Below, piece after piece: positions 1 through 13,720 of a stretch of 64,000 nt of DNA. The stretch comes from Eledone cirrhosa (Eukaryota), in assembly GCA_964016885.1 (NCBI GenBank), contig OZ024740.1, positions 329,840,001 through 329,904,000 on the forward strand, read 5' to 3'. The translations under genes and the position numbers were made by a program. The notes under the pieces were generated by a model. The model ran no database searches, was not told the DNA's origin, and was given only the letters and a program-made list of their open reading frames with translations. The stretch's first letter is position 1, and each line of letters begins with the position of its first letter.

Positions 1-118
1 CAGGAAAATTTCAGGTTTCAAAATTCCATTCAATTTTTATACGATATAGCAATGAGTTCTGAAAACTTTTCAAAATACAGAAAGTGAAAATTATTTTACA
101 TCTGTATATATAGCATCA

Positions 119-290
119 AGGTGGCGAATTAGCAGAGTCGTTAGAACGTCAATATAATGTTTTGTGGGCATTTTCCCAGCTGTCTGGTTTGAGTTCACAT
201 CCAGCCCTGGCCAACTTTGCCTTTCATTCTTTCGGGATCGATAAAAAAGTATCAATCTAGTACTGGGGTCGATTCTTTCTTACTTACTCC
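119..290 (+). mobile_element. tRNA-derived SINE (octopus type, Meta/MESC-like central domain), degenerate
   Basis: A-box-like ggtggcgaattagcagagtcgttag, B-box-like gagttcacatcc, then aactttgcctttcattctttcgggatcgataaaaaagtatc; same family as 24265 and 46159. Confidence 0.75.
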
Positions 291-659
291 CTCTCATTCT
301 ATCTATAATACTCTTGAAGAAATATGCTGTGTTCAGGCCTGAAAAGGATATGCACTTCACCGGGCTTAAAATGTCGAAGAAAGACCACATGCTACTATAG
401 CACCCATACAAACCTCTCAGAACTAACGGGGCTAAGGAGGATATATAGTGTTATACGCTATAACAGAAACAACAAAGTAACCTATGATTTCCAACACGAA
501 AACCAATATGGATTTGCCGAAATCTGTTCCTCTAGGTAGATACTGTTTGTTCTGAGGCCGTAACATAGCAAGTCACATTCATATCGTTAGTTGGTTTCCA
601 GAGGAATAAAACAGACCTACCAGCCAATGATTTATAGGGCATATTTATTCAACAGATGT

Positions 660-1000
660 GAAGGCCCATGGTATAGTGGTTAGAGCATTGGACTGGCAAT
701 TAAAAGCCTGTGAGTTCGATTCTCGGACCGGTTGATTCATTGTATCCTTGAGCAAGACACTTTTTTTCACGTTGCTCCTTTTTACTCAGCTCTAGAAATG
801 ATTTGCGACATCACTGTTGCTAAGCTGTATCGGCCATAGGCTTTCCCTTGGACATCATCGGTGGCGTGGAAAAGGGAAGCTGTTATGCCTGGGCAACTGC
901 AGGTCTTCCTTAAAAGTAACCTTGCCCGGACTTGTGCCTCGGAGGGAAGCTTTTAGGTGCAAATCACATGGTCATTCGTGACCGAATGGCGTCTTCTTAT
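660..1000 (+). mobile_element. tRNA-derived SINE with CORE-like domain
   Basis: tggtatagtggttagagc (A box), gagttcgattctc (B box), tgtatccttgagcaagacactt...cagctctagaaatg; related copies at 10203 and 58853. Confidence 0.8.
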
Positions 1001-1389
1001 TGGAGAGGTACAAACATTTACATGCGTGATCAGGAATAACTCCTCCTTCCTTTCCCGTTCCGGATGAAGGCCCTTTGACCAATAACACATCAGAGCGGTC
1101 ATCCCACACTCACATTGCCCCAGGGGCCAAAAATGCCAACTCTACTTCCGGGATAGATTGAAACAGCCTTCAATACATATCAACAGAAAACTTGATCTAA
1201 ACATTAACTGTTAGCGGAGAAGCACACTGTTAGCCAACTTAAATATCTATATTCGGACACAAAGATAAACGTAGTCCACACAAAATGTGGGTAGATTGTT
1301 GGCGAAAGGTTTGAACCAACAGGCATACCATGAAAATACTAAAATTATACCTCAAAAGATCACCACAAACCTCAAATAATCATTCTGTC

Positions 1390-1650
1390 ATATGTTGACA
1401 AATAATTATTCACATCAAAATTTGATTTACGAATCTTTCATCCTCTTAGGACTTATCAAAATCAAACATTTTATAGATAATTAACTCAACACGTTCATTT
1501 TTTTGAATGAACAGAAATCAAAGAAAATATTTGTTTACATTTTAAACACCTCCATTACTCAGCAACAAGGGATAATGGCTGATTTTGATAAGAGGATGAA
1601 ACATTTGTAAATGAAATTTTGATGTGAATAAGTACTTGGCAACATATTTT
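1390..1650. mobile_element. Palindromic PLE terminal-repeat (pLTR) mini-element, family H
   Basis: 1390-1464 is the reverse complement of 1580-1648; both arms carry an HHR motif; the right end runs into (TA)n; the left arm may extend further. Confidence 0.65.
1424..1463 (-). ncRNA. Type I hammerhead ribozyme motif, U3-A8 variant
   Basis: gatt-TTGATAA-GTCC taaga GGAT-GAAA-gattcg-TA-aatc; stem I gatt/aatc; the right-arm copy has GAAA-C attt G-TA but a deleted stem II. Confidence 0.6.
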
Positions 1651-1654
1651 AATG

Positions 1655-1883
<229 letters not shown>

Positions 1884-1886
<3 letters not shown>

Positions 1887-3985
1887 GGAGGTGAGTTTTA
1901 TTGTAGCACAATAAAGCAATGCAAATATCGGATAATAGCACTCTACAGTTTGTGGGACTGGAGTATAAATAATATAAGATCAAAAGATGGTTAAAAGAGT
2001 TCCAAGTATTTTATTATGCGCATTTCAAAAACAAATATCATTATGAGATGATATCTGCGTTTTCATCAGATAAAATAGGGATATATGATATGAAGGTTAA
2101 AAAATACTTGTGAATAGTGAAGTTTTAAATCAACATATGAAAAATAATTTAAGATTGATGAGTGATATTGGGAAAAAGAGGGGAGTTGGAAAGGATAAGG
2201 AAGAGGAGTAGATGAGAGTAAAGAATGGTGGGGGAGGACTATAAGAAGGACGGGTGAGAGATGGGTGATAGAGAGAGAGAGATAGCCTTTACAACTGTGT
2301 AAAATATATATTGTCTCACAGAGAGAAGTTAAAAAGCCGTTGGAAGATGATAGATAATTTAAAAGAATTTAAAATTAGTTGATGAAGAGAAAAAGGGGTT
2401 AAGAATAATATTAAATTAAGGTTTGTATATTGAAGGGTTTAATAATTTGTGCGAGCAAAAGAAATTGTTAATATGTATTATTAAAATAAAAATATTAATG
2501 TTATTAAGGATACAATGTGAACAGAAATAGTAGAGTGGATGAGTTATGAATTTAGAGGAATTAGTTAGTGTTTAATTTGTTTCAATGCAATGTAATATGT
2601 GTGCGTAATATACGTACGTAAATAGTTTGTTTAAAAATGAGCGCAGAAAGCAAAGAAGATAAGAATGTTTAAGGAAGAAAAACATATCTAACATAAAAAA
2701 AAAGAGAAATATATATGTTTACGAAATATTTTCTAATGGTAATAATATAATATATTAAAAGAAATTAGTTAGAGTTTAAGTTTGTTTTTATGTATTGTAA
2801 TATGTAATATGTAAAAGTCAAACGAGCATGAAAGGAAGAGATAAGGAATTTAAGGAAGAAAAATATAACGTCAAGAAATGTTTATGTTTACGAAGGACTA
2901 TTAATGTATTAAAAAGATAATAATAATGTTTATGGCCAATGATATGAAGAAAGATGGAAGAATGGATAATGTTGTGGTGAGTAATAATAAGAATTGAGAA
3001 GTAGTTAGGAAGAAAAAGTACAGATTAGAGGTTAGAAATTAAAAAGAAAAAAGAAAAGAGGAAGAAAGGAAAGTGATAAAAAGGAATGATATAGAATGAG
3101 TAACTTGTATATAATATATAATAAATAATATTGAAATAAGGTAGAAAGATCGGTATATTTAAAAAAATATATATAAGCCTTTGAGAAACAGGATATTAAA
3201 CTAGTAAGGTATTAGATATTGGTTGTATACTTTATGGAATGTTCTGTGGAATTTATGCAAGCAGAGAGAAAATAAATCAGTGCGTCTATTTATTATAGAA
3301 TTTAAATTAGATATAATGTTAAATTTCTCAGATAGGCAAGATTACATGTTCTGGATAGGGAGGCATTCAAGTAGGGAGAGGCAGAACAAACTTTCCTCTA
3401 AGAGATGTTATAGTTAATATTTTTGTCTTTCAAGGACCATATGAGTTCTGAGAGTGCCGTGTTAGTACTTTTAAGTTGGTATCTAAAAGACGAATTGTGA
3501 TTATAAAATCTCGCTTTGAAGGAGGTGGAAGTGGAACCTAAATAGGTAAAGGAATTGATATCAGTTATAACCTTACATTCATAGACTAAGTTGTTTTCAA
3601 GACAATGGTTATTGAGAAGACATCTAGTTCTAACAGGGCAATTACAATTGCGATTAGAGAAATTAACAGAGTTATTAACAAGTGACCTAATGTTATTTAT
3701 AGGAGGAATTGGGTGGAGATGTTATTTACGATAGGAATAATAGTTTCCTAATTTAGATTGGCATTATGAACATTCAACGAAGTTACGTTTGACGTCGTAT
3801 TTGAGTTTGCAGAATCTAGCCTAGAGTTAACAATGACGTCGGGAGTACTACAGCTATTATTATGACACTCAGTGTTGGTAGGATGTGATTTAATATTTAA
3901 TATTTTATTGTTGTGTTTAGAGATAATATTAGAGATGTTGGAGGAGGTGGAATAGGAAAATGTTTTGTATGTTTGTTAAAGATTT
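1884..3985 (-). mobile_element. Naiad-type PLE 3' remnant, family C (GIY-YIG endonuclease plus pLTR)
   Basis: Minus-strand translation of ~3400-3655 reads RNCNCPVRTRCLLNNHCLENNLVYECKV...TYLGSTSTSFKARFYNH...ALSELIWSLK; the pLTR with its HHR ends at (TA)n. Confidence 0.85.
2009..2075 (-). ncRNA. Minimal type I hammerhead ribozyme
   Basis: ttttat-CTGATGA-aaac gcagatatcat..atgatatttgt tttt-GAAA-T GCGC A-TA-ataaaa; 6-bp stem I and palindromic loop III. Confidence 0.8.
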
Positions 3986-3989
3986 TACT

Positions 3990-4388
3990 CCTCTATAAGC
4001 ATATAAATATATAAGGAAAGCACGAGGTGTTACATAATGTGATACGTGGAGACGTTATATACACTACCTAAAAGATTGTGCCAACCGGTGGTGTCCACGC
4101 GGAGAGTGTGCATCTTCTCTGGTGTCTGCATGTAATGATGATCTCCGATTTCAGGTTGACAGCGTCATTCTTTAATCTCACTATCTCCATAGCCTCCGAT
4201 AAGCATAGCCTGCACTTCCTCTCGCCAGTCAAATATGCAATGGCGTGTTGAACAATACACCAGTTGAGATCATACGGGATGCCGGTGTCCTTCAAGCCCC
4301 ATATTAGATCCGCCAGCCTAATGGCGTGACTCTTGCTCCGGTCCTTAAAAGAACGTGTGTGATTATACATCCTCGATTTAAAAGGTCG
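3990..4388 (-). mobile_element. Naiad-type PLE GIY-YIG C-terminal fragment (another family)
   Basis: FKSRMYNHTRSF...LADLIWGLKD...WCIVQHA...KCRLCLSEAMEI...NLKSEIIITCRH in ORF 4068-4532; the N-terminus of that ORF is microsatellite. Confidence 0.85.
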
Positions 4389-4404
4389 TATATATAAATA
4401 TATA

Positions 4405-4476
<72 letters not shown>

Positions 4477-4480
<4 letters not shown>

Positions 4481-4810
4481 AATGTAATCTGAGTTTTTCG
4501 AATATTAATAATAACATTCGATTCATTTGCATTTATGCAAACAAGCTTCAATTTTATATAACCATGTCAGTAGAATTAACCCTTCATTCTTGCTCTTGTG
4601 TTGGCATGTAAAAATAACTGCAGACACTAATGTTTCTGGGTATACCCTTCATCAGTACAGAGCAAGAATGAAGGGTTCTATCTACTGACATGGCTATATA
4701 AAAATGAGGCTTGTTTGCATAATTGCAAACGAATCGAATGTTATTATTAATATTCGAAAAACTCAGATTACATTTATTGTATTCAACCATGTAGAGCGAA
4801 CATTTTCTTC
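4477..4810. mobile_element. Palindromic pLTR mini-element, family D, with (TA)n on both sides
   Basis: 4477-4595 is the reverse complement of 4658-4777; the right arm extends ~33 nt further; second copy at 25822. Confidence 0.85.
4618..4660 (-). ncRNA. Type I hammerhead ribozyme
   Basis: ctgta-CTGATGA-a GGG tata CCC a-GAAA-CA ttag TG-TC-tgcag. Confidence 0.75.
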
Positions 4811-4890
<80 letters not shown>

Positions 4891-7800
4891 TGGGGGTGTT
4901 TCTGCAATTTACTTTGTATGTGAAGAACACATTATATAGTTCCTGTCTGCATATATCAGTTGGCATGTTTGTTGAACGGAAGATTCATTCAGTGAGAGAC
5001 GGCAGTGGCTAGTAAATATAACATCCTTACAACATTACCACTAAGTTGATCTAAATATACGGCTGTGTGTAAATTCCCATTGTAATCTCAAATGAGAACG
5101 CTTTAGTGATGAGTAACTGGGCAAAGTAAATCTAAATGAGACCTTTTGTTATGCTGATGTAAACTGCTTCATGCAGATTTACAAATATGGTTTTTTTTTC
5201 ACTTTTACACCAATTTCCACACTTTCTCCTCTCCATAATTGTTTTCTTTGTTTCCTCTACTTTTTCCTGGAAAATATAAGATTCATACCTGTTTAGACAT
5301 GGGGAATAATATGTATTACGTTTAAAAAATATTTCACTGTGGTGCAATTTTCTTTGTTCGCATTGATACGTAGATGTTTGTGTAAAGATTCGAAAGTATA
5401 CAATAATATAGATACTTTTTTACATACATCATATTTTATACCCGTGTGACTCTTTCAATCTGTGAATATGCCAAAGTAACATCAACATCATAGTCCTTAA
5501 TTATCGCAGCACTCGCCTAGTCAGGCCCCCATGGCAAAGTATACTACGCAAAAAATGAACATATAGAATTTGTAAACGAACTATTCTTGTTGAAATCTCA
5601 TTTAGGCTAATGCCATCTTGACTGGTAAGTTTTAATAGTTATAGCAATATTATAGTGTGATTTACAATAAAACCGTATATAGATCCATATGTATATATAC
5701 TATGATTACTAAACATATATTTCATCTAGCTTCTAGTATTAATATTTTAATATGAGAAAGCAACGTGAGCACTGGTGAAAGAATAACGGTTACAGGCATT
5801 TTTTAGCCTGTAACCGTTATTCGGTTACAGGCTAAGACCTTCATATGTCAAATACATTATACAATGTCGTCTTACACGACAAAAATTAATGAAACGAGTA
5901 TAATATAAAATGTTTACAAGGAATAAGATTATAACGCTTTTAAACTTTATGGGATGGCAATTCAGAACCAACATGTACATAAAGGGGAAATGTTTGTGTA
6001 CTTAGAAAAACGTAAATATCCAAATTAACATTGAAAAATAAATAGAACTCATTTCTAAAAACGGTTTTACAAATAGTGTCCATTGACGAAGGAGAATGTG
6101 AATACTAATAAACGAGTAGTAAAATACCCCCCCCCCCCCCCAAAGGGTCGCATAATTATTACAATTTATTCTCAAATGAGCAACCACGCCGAAGAATTGC
6201 TAGAAGTAATTCCATCAATTATCATTCTACACGAAACTCTGCAGTTTAATGTACCGGCTATATCTGAAATATAAAAGGAATTACGAATTAATCAAATGCC
6301 ATGAAGATCATGGGTTAAATTAACAACTATTTATATTATTGCCATTCTATATGAAAACAACTTAATGTACATGGACGGTGCAGTTATTTCAAACAGTTCT
6401 ATGTTAATGTCCCTCATTGTTGGAAAGCAATATCACGCATCATTAAATAAAGACATATAAGAATTCTTCGAATTATTATCAATACGTACAAAGAAATCAT
6501 GGACAGAGTTTACTGCTATTGTATGCTTCGTAAATCTATATAAAACCAAAACAATGTAAATAGGATGTATTCATAACAAGAGTGGGAAGAAATGTTCTAT
6601 ACCAGAAAGACAAATATAATAGATGCAGTATATGGAATATGTGGATTCACATATGATAATTAAAAGATGTGAAGGTGCGTCATATGAAATTATATTAACA
6701 TGAGAGATTATAGTGTGGCCTAAAAAATCATCAAATAAATATTGTTGTAAATCGAGTTAATTTACAATTTTTCCCCAGTGTATACTAATTATTTCAATAG
6801 AAATCAATTGTGGTTGATGCCCGAAAAGAAGCTTTGAAGCATTATATTGTCATGAATTTATTTGCGTATTCTATATTCTATATAAATGTGGACATCTTGG
6901 GTTTTCTTTTTTGTTTGAATCCTGTTGTTTGGATCCTGTGCTCCAGTCGATAGAAATGGCCCAACCATTTCAATATCATCATGGACACATGCAAACTATA
7001 ATTTGTAAGAGAAAAACTGTACTCAAGAGCGAAATCAAGAGAAGGCTTGATAATAATATTTGTAGTATTTATTAGAATGCTATCTGCTTTCAAATCCATT
7101 AAGGTTAATTTCAAATTTTGCACACTTCAATAGTTAATAAATTTAAAAATATTGTCTGTGCCTCCAAATCTTTCATCCATTGCAGTTCTTTGATCGAAAC
7201 TGTGTGCTCTAATACGAATAATGCAAATTATGAAAGCTACATGTGCCCTGGGTTATATATATATGTACCTCTAAGTTTCATTTCTTGTAAACTTAACTAC
7301 ATATTTTCTGCTTTGAAAACGTGCTCTTAAAAGAAGAGTAAATGCATAATGTTATTACTTCTGTGAACAGAATTTAATAAAAGATTACATTTAAACATTT
7401 CAAAGATTATTTTCTCTTCAACAGAATACAACTCTAAGATTTTCTCCACATAAGCTTTAATTGCGGTCGCTATTCATGCCAAGATTAGAATCTTCGCTCG
7501 TACACGGTACACATAAATTCCTTTACGAGTTTCCATGATAATTGTATCTTCTTCACAAAATAAATACTTGTTTATATACTGTCTTCAATCTTACATTCAA
7601 ATTGACATATAATAGAAACCATAATAATGTTTTTCTTTAGATGGAAATAATAATCTTTGAAACGCGTATAGTTAATCTCATATAGTGATGTTTGTATAGC
7701 AGTAATAATAGAAATTGTGTTTACCCATTACTATTTTCACTGCTATGCATCACATGCAAAAACACATAGAATCATCACATATATGCGATGTCTGGCGTAA

Positions 7801-8062
7801 ATACTCCATGTTTAATTAATTACAGCGTCAAACGAATTCACGCCATGCAAGTCCTACAGCCGGTTTGATATCGTAGTATGCAGAGTCATAGACAGAGTAA
7901 TCCTTTTGAAAAGTAATCCTGTTTTCTGTATAATAATTGAATAATGGAAAGTTTGCTTACACTTCGTTACTTTCATGGTAAGGACTCTAATAAAAATGCA
8001 TGAATGCATACATACACAACCGCACACATATCTACATTTATATATACTCGTGCATATGCGCG

Positions 8063-8095
<33 letters not shown>

Positions 8096-8469
8096 GAGTG
8101 CGTGTGTGTATGTGTGTTGCCTGTCTCCGTGTGTGAGACGACGTGAAAATAGCATAGTCCATAAGCGTATATATGAAAGCATATCTGATACGTATTAAAA
8201 TCATGTAAGTGCCAAACAATGATCTTTTTTTTTTACAGTTGTGATCATGTCTCAGCTATCGCAAAAGTACTGAGAATGCCTGACAGCTTTCTCTGGATGT
8301 TTTTTTGTATCGGTCATCAGTATCATTTTCACTCTGACTACCGAGAAAAACCGGACTGAAGCCTATATAGTTTTTGTATATGGACATTCACATACATTAT
8401 CTTCATTAGGAACACAGACACACACACGCACACACATACACACACACACATACATACACACACACACAC

Positions 8470-8563
<94 letters not shown>

Positions 8564-9013
8564 ATTCGTATATGGCTCTGTATTGACCATTACAATATCA
8601 ATATTGTGAGATTGGTCCAGCTATGTAATAGAAGTGGTAGCACTATATAATTCATGAACTCATCCAATATGCTGAAATAACAGCACTAACGTTATGTTGT
8701 GTTTGAATTACGTTAAGAAGATTATTGTTGATTGACGGTTTGGGAATTACGAGATTAGCTAACTGTCTATCATCTCAATATATTTAACCTTATTAAATCG
8801 AATTAAGTACCTTTCCTTGTTTGCGATATCCATTAATATCAGCTGAGATTTTCTGCACACAATTCACTTTTTCATTCTGCGTTGAAAGGTCCACTATTTT
8901 CTCGCAAAATTTATCTTATTCTCTCGATATATATGTTTATCTATACACACAGATACAGACACATACAAACATACAGACACACACACACACAGACACACAT
9001 ATACCTACACACC

Positions 9014-9045
<32 letters not shown>

Positions 9046-9046
9046 C

Positions 9047-9190
9047 GATATTAACAAATGGAAACTATATTTATAAAACCATATTTATTTCATTATACAT
9101 ATTTCAAGGACACCAAGTTAAATTATGGTGTGCTTTCATCAGATAAAATATAATATAGATCAGTTTTATAAATAAACATTGACATACCCT
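9047..9190 (-). mobile_element. PLE pLTR 3' remnant, family G, with HHR at 9086-9150
   Basis: tattttat-CTGATGA-aag cacacc..ggtgt cctt-GAAA-T atgt A-TA-atgaaata; homologous to 27121-27350 and 43420-43545. Confidence 0.7.
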
Positions 9191-9520
9191 TAAATAATGC
9201 AACCATTGCTGTTGGAAGCTCCCGAATAGTGGAGTTGTAGCTTTAATTATATTATTAGTATTGGATATTTTTATTTTAAAAATAAGCCGTTGGTTTACGG
9301 AGAAAGAAAAAGATAGAGAAGGAGAGAGAGAGAAAGAAGGAGAGAGAGATAAAGACCAGAACAAACAGAGAGAGAAAGATAGAGAGAGAAAGATAGAGAG
9401 AGAGAGAGGAGGTTATATAGGTATTACATTTTACACACACAAACACGCAACCACACACACACACGCACACACACACACGCGGGCACACACACACACACAC
9501 ATACACACACACACGCACGT

Positions 9521-9559
<39 letters not shown>

Positions 9560-9561
<2 letters not shown>

Positions 9562-9837
9562 GGAGGGGAGTTTTATTGTAGTACAATAAAGCAATGAAGA
9601 TATCGGATAAGAAGCACCCTACAGTTTGTAGGACTGGAGTATACATAATATATAAGAACAAAAGATGTTGATTTAAAACTGCACTATCCACAAGTGTTTT
9701 TTAACCTTCATATCATGTCTTCCTGTTTTATCTGATGAAAACACATATATTATTGCATGATGATATTTGTTTTTGAAATGCGCATAATAAAATACATGGA
9801 ACTCTTTTAACCATCTTTTGTTCTTATATATTATATA

Positions 9838-9910
<73 letters not shown>

Positions 9911-10177
9911 AGAACAAAAGATGGTTAAAAGAGTTCCATGTATTTTATTATGCGCATTTCAAAAACAAATATCATCATGCAATAATATATGTGTTTTCAT
10001 CAGATAAAACAGTAAGACATGATATGAAGCTTAAAAAACACTTGTGGATAGTGCAGTTTTAAATCAACATCTTTTGTTCTTATGTATTATGTATACTCCA
10101 GTCCTACAAACTGTAGAATGCTTCTTATCCGATATCTGCATTGCTTTATTGTACTACAATAAAACTCCCCTCCTACA
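9560..10177. mobile_element. Double palindrome of family C pLTR pieces around a central (TA)n; HHRs at 9726-9792 (+) and 9943-10009 (-)
   Basis: 9560-9835 is a near-perfect reverse complement of 9901-10177; both halves match the 1884-2140 pLTR. Confidence 0.9.
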
Positions 10178-10202
10178 TATATATATATATAAATATATAT
10201 AT

Positions 10203-10390
10203 ACATGGTTTACTGGTTAGAGCATCGGGATTAGAATCGTGAGATTGTGAGTTCGATTCTCGGGTCAAGTTTTGCGTGGTGTTCTTCAGAAACACGTTAT
10301 TTCACGTATTTCCAGTCCACTCAGCTTTAGATATGAATTGCTACGTCACTGGTGCAAATCTGCATCGTATTTTGCTTTTCCCTTGGTCAT
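10203..10390 (+). mobile_element. tRNA/CORE-like SINE, 3'-truncated
   Basis: ctggttagagcatcggg...gagttcgattctcggg...tgttcttcagaaacacgttatttcacg; similar to 660-1000. Confidence 0.7.
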
Positions 10391-10419
10391 ATATATGTAT
10401 ATCAAGGTATTTGTGTGGG

Positions 10420-11110
10420 TGGTGAGATCACTGAAGAAAAATGTTCCATGATTGATGATATCCTAAAAGTTTTGCGAGAAGGCTCCTATATTGATGTTAT
10501 TTACTTTGATTTCAACAAGGTCTTTGGCAAGCTTGATTCCAACATCCTACTGAAACAACTATCCCACATTGGATTGTTTGGAGTGCGACTGTAATGGATT
10601 AAATGCTTCCTGGCAAACATATTCCGGCATGTTGTGGTCGAAGGAATACGATCAAGCTGAATCAAAATCTGTTGCGCTACGTTTTATTCCTAATTTGCAT
10701 GAATGATATTACACATGCCATTTACTGGGCTAGATAAGAATCTTTTACAGATTATTCAAACAAGAAGACTGTTATCAATGGAGTGGGATCCTGACATGCC
10801 GTCAATCGGATGTGATCACTGTTATGCAATGGGAGACAAACAACAATATGCTCCTAAACGAGGATACATTTGAAATAAATCCACTTTTGGAAAGATGATG
10901 CATTGTGTTGGCCATTGAATGGAGCCTCGTGGCATTACTCAGCACTAGAAACCTTGGAGAAATTGTTGCCAACAACTTAAGCTGGAGTACTCACATAAAC
11001 ACCAACGTTGACTTGGCTCAAGTCCTGGAGTCTCAGAACTTTCCGTTCTAGAGAAAGCCGCACCATCATCCTAATCGATTCTACCTTTTTCCGGCCTTAC
11101 CTTGAATTGT
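10420..11110 (+). mobile_element. CR1/L2-group LINE reverse transcriptase fragment, decayed
   Basis: IDVIYFDFNKVFGKLDSNILLKQLSHIGLFG.L*WIKCFL resembles the LDFxKAFDxV motif; LGEIVANNLSWSTHIN downstream. Confidence 0.75.
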
Positions 11111-11255
11111 GAAGGTAAATATAGTGGTGTGCATGTTCTTTTGTTAGTCAGTAAAAGCAGTAAGTGTGTACGCGTTTCACCATAACATAGCCATTGCTAT
11201 GTGACATCGGACGGAGTTAGAGTGACAGTGACAAGGGATAGTAAGGTAAGCAGAA

Positions 11256-11438
<183 letters not shown>

Positions 11439-11749
11439 TATCCGTATGTATTTATATATAGCATATATACGGAATAAGATGCCTCGGATACGCAGCAAAT
11501 ACGCCGAGGGGCTCGAAAAACCCACTAGCTAGGTGAAATTCCAATGAGTTCTCAGCAAAAACACCTATCCGGCTTCTCTCACCAAACAGCAAAATGCCAT
11601 TGCAGCAAGACATAAATAACAAGGAGAACACACGCTTCTAAGGATAAAATATGCTATTTAGGCCACCACATTTCAATAAAACGAAGGGAGGTGTCATCAG
11701 ACACTTGATCTGTAGAGAGCGGCTGAAAATAGGGCCGGAAGACTCGGGA

Positions 11750-12180
11750 ACCTATTGTGAAAAGACTGCTTTGCAGAAGCCAAACCACATGCTGCGATAT
11801 TTGTACACTTTATAATCGTCCCATAAACAACACAAAAATTTGCTTGAGAGCATATGTGGTCTAGGAGTTAAATCGAAACAATGTAGTACCTCAGACATCA
11901 AAAGTACCATAAGGAAGGTACACATATGCATCAAAGAATACAATATATACAGAACGTTTTCCACTGAAAAGCATATCGACCGATGTCGCAGCCAAAACAT
12001 TGAGCTCACTATAGAGGCGACATAAAGAAATATAAAAAATGTAAAAACTATAAAAGCCATATTCATCAGCCGAATAAAACCAGATATAAATAATAGTACA
12101 GAAATGCAGAAGGCATGATGGTTACTGTGGCAACCCCGCGTACACGCATGCGTTTTACAAACAGATACCAGTTAAGGAAG
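11750..12180 (+). mobile_element. Possible PLE GIY-YIG C-terminal remnant
   Basis: KAIFISRIKPDINNSTEM resembles the EAxxIxxxKPxIN end of GIY-YIG; otherwise very decayed. Confidence 0.35.
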
Positions 12181-13629
12181 AAAGCTCCAGTCGCTCGTTT
12201 GTTTTGTCTTGGACCGTTTCAGCTGAGCAACTGAAAAGAGGTTAACAACCCTGAAATATCATGCCAAAGTACATTTGGCAAAACATTAATTTTTTTGTAT
12301 TCAGGGTATTTGACTGCTATGGAATATCAATTAAATTTACTCTAAGATGTTCAGGCTGATTGAGTAATTAAGCATCTGCGACGAAACATTTTCGAATTGA
12401 ATAATAAAGTCTCTGAAAATGATATGAATATTGGGCATAAACAGGTTGAAAAATTACCAATTAATCCTGATTGAAATTGAAGATTTGAAATTGAAATTGA
12501 AGGCTGTTTGGAATGAGAGAGAGTAATGTGCATGTGATAGCAATTGTGGTAGCAATTGTGATTTAAATTACATTGAAACTCCAAAAACGTATTAAAGCGT
12601 TTGCGAATCCAATGCAAGTTTGGTGTCATAAAAAGCTTAGCCTTGCTCAACACTGCACACAATTTAAGGAAGCTATTATCTTTGAATTTCTTGACCTGAT
12701 TGACATATCATTAAATACTCCGGTGCATTTTCCATTTACAATGTGGCAGGAAGTAATAACAATAATAATGATGATGATGATGATGATAATGATAATATAA
12801 ATGATGATGGGTTGTTGGTTTGGCGTTTTTACTGATGATGGTGGTTACAATGACAATAGAATTTAAGATGACAGTGATGATGTTGGTGACGAGGATGTTG
12901 ATGATGTTTATGATGGAGGTGGATGTTTATGGTAATATAAGATCAACCATTTCAGTTCTGTATCTTTTGTTTATTGATTGTGGCCGACTATACAATGTTA
13001 GTCGCTTTCGATAAGATCACATAAAACTCAACTAAAATATGTTGAACTGGATACAATCTCTTTGATGTATTATTTAACCAACAATAGCAGATTTATATTC
13101 ACTGAGCAACTCTTTTAGAATATCTCTCCGTTCATTTCACAAGGCGTTAGTTTAACATCTTTATATACTTGCTATAACTTAATGCTTCTAATTGATATAG
13201 TTATCCATCACTCTAATTCGATATCTCTTCGAAAACTGTCTTCATTTTACGTATGTGGATTATTCAGTTATCTTACGCTGCAATGATTTGTAGTTTGGAA
13301 CTAAATAGCAACTCTTATCTCACGTCAAACTTTCTAATGCACATGTTAACACAGATGATACACTCCACGGTGGATTACGTTTTACATAAGGTTGATATAT
13401 TATGAAAGCAAGATATTGGCTTCTTTATTACCATTTCTAACTTACTATGGACGATGTAGCTTGTCCGTCTATGTCACATTTTATTCGATATGAGATAACC
13501 TTGGGCGTAGTATTTAAAAAGTTTGTTTAAAACTATTGATTCTATATAGCGTATATAAATAAAAGTCACCGTTGAGAAAACTCTAGGCGGTAAATTTGTA
13601 GAATAATTACAACGTCGTATAGAATGTAC

Positions 13630-13720
13630 CTGTCTGAATCTGTGGGCTCTGATTTCGAATCCCTTCTAAGGCAAATTGCTATTCATTCTTGTGAGGTTAA
13701 TAAAGTACTGTGGTCGATTT
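13630..13720 (+). mobile_element. Degenerate SINE fragment
   Basis: tctgatttcgaatccc...aaattgctattcattcttgtgaggttaataaagtactgtggtcgatt resembles the 119/46159 family. Confidence 0.5.

Noticed and set aside
660-735. tRNA gene
   Set aside because: A and B boxes are present but there is no clean cloverleaf, and the sequence continues into a SINE body found in three copies
4477-4810. MITE or DNA-transposon interpretation of the small inverted repeats
   Set aside because: Arms are unequal, spacers differ between copies, and the sequence carries an HHR like the PLE pLTRs; the TA flanks are long microsatellites rather than 2-bp TSDs
8206-8239. gtaagt...ttttacag mini-intron
   Set aside because: Only ~34 nt long, and the flanking frames show no recognisable protein
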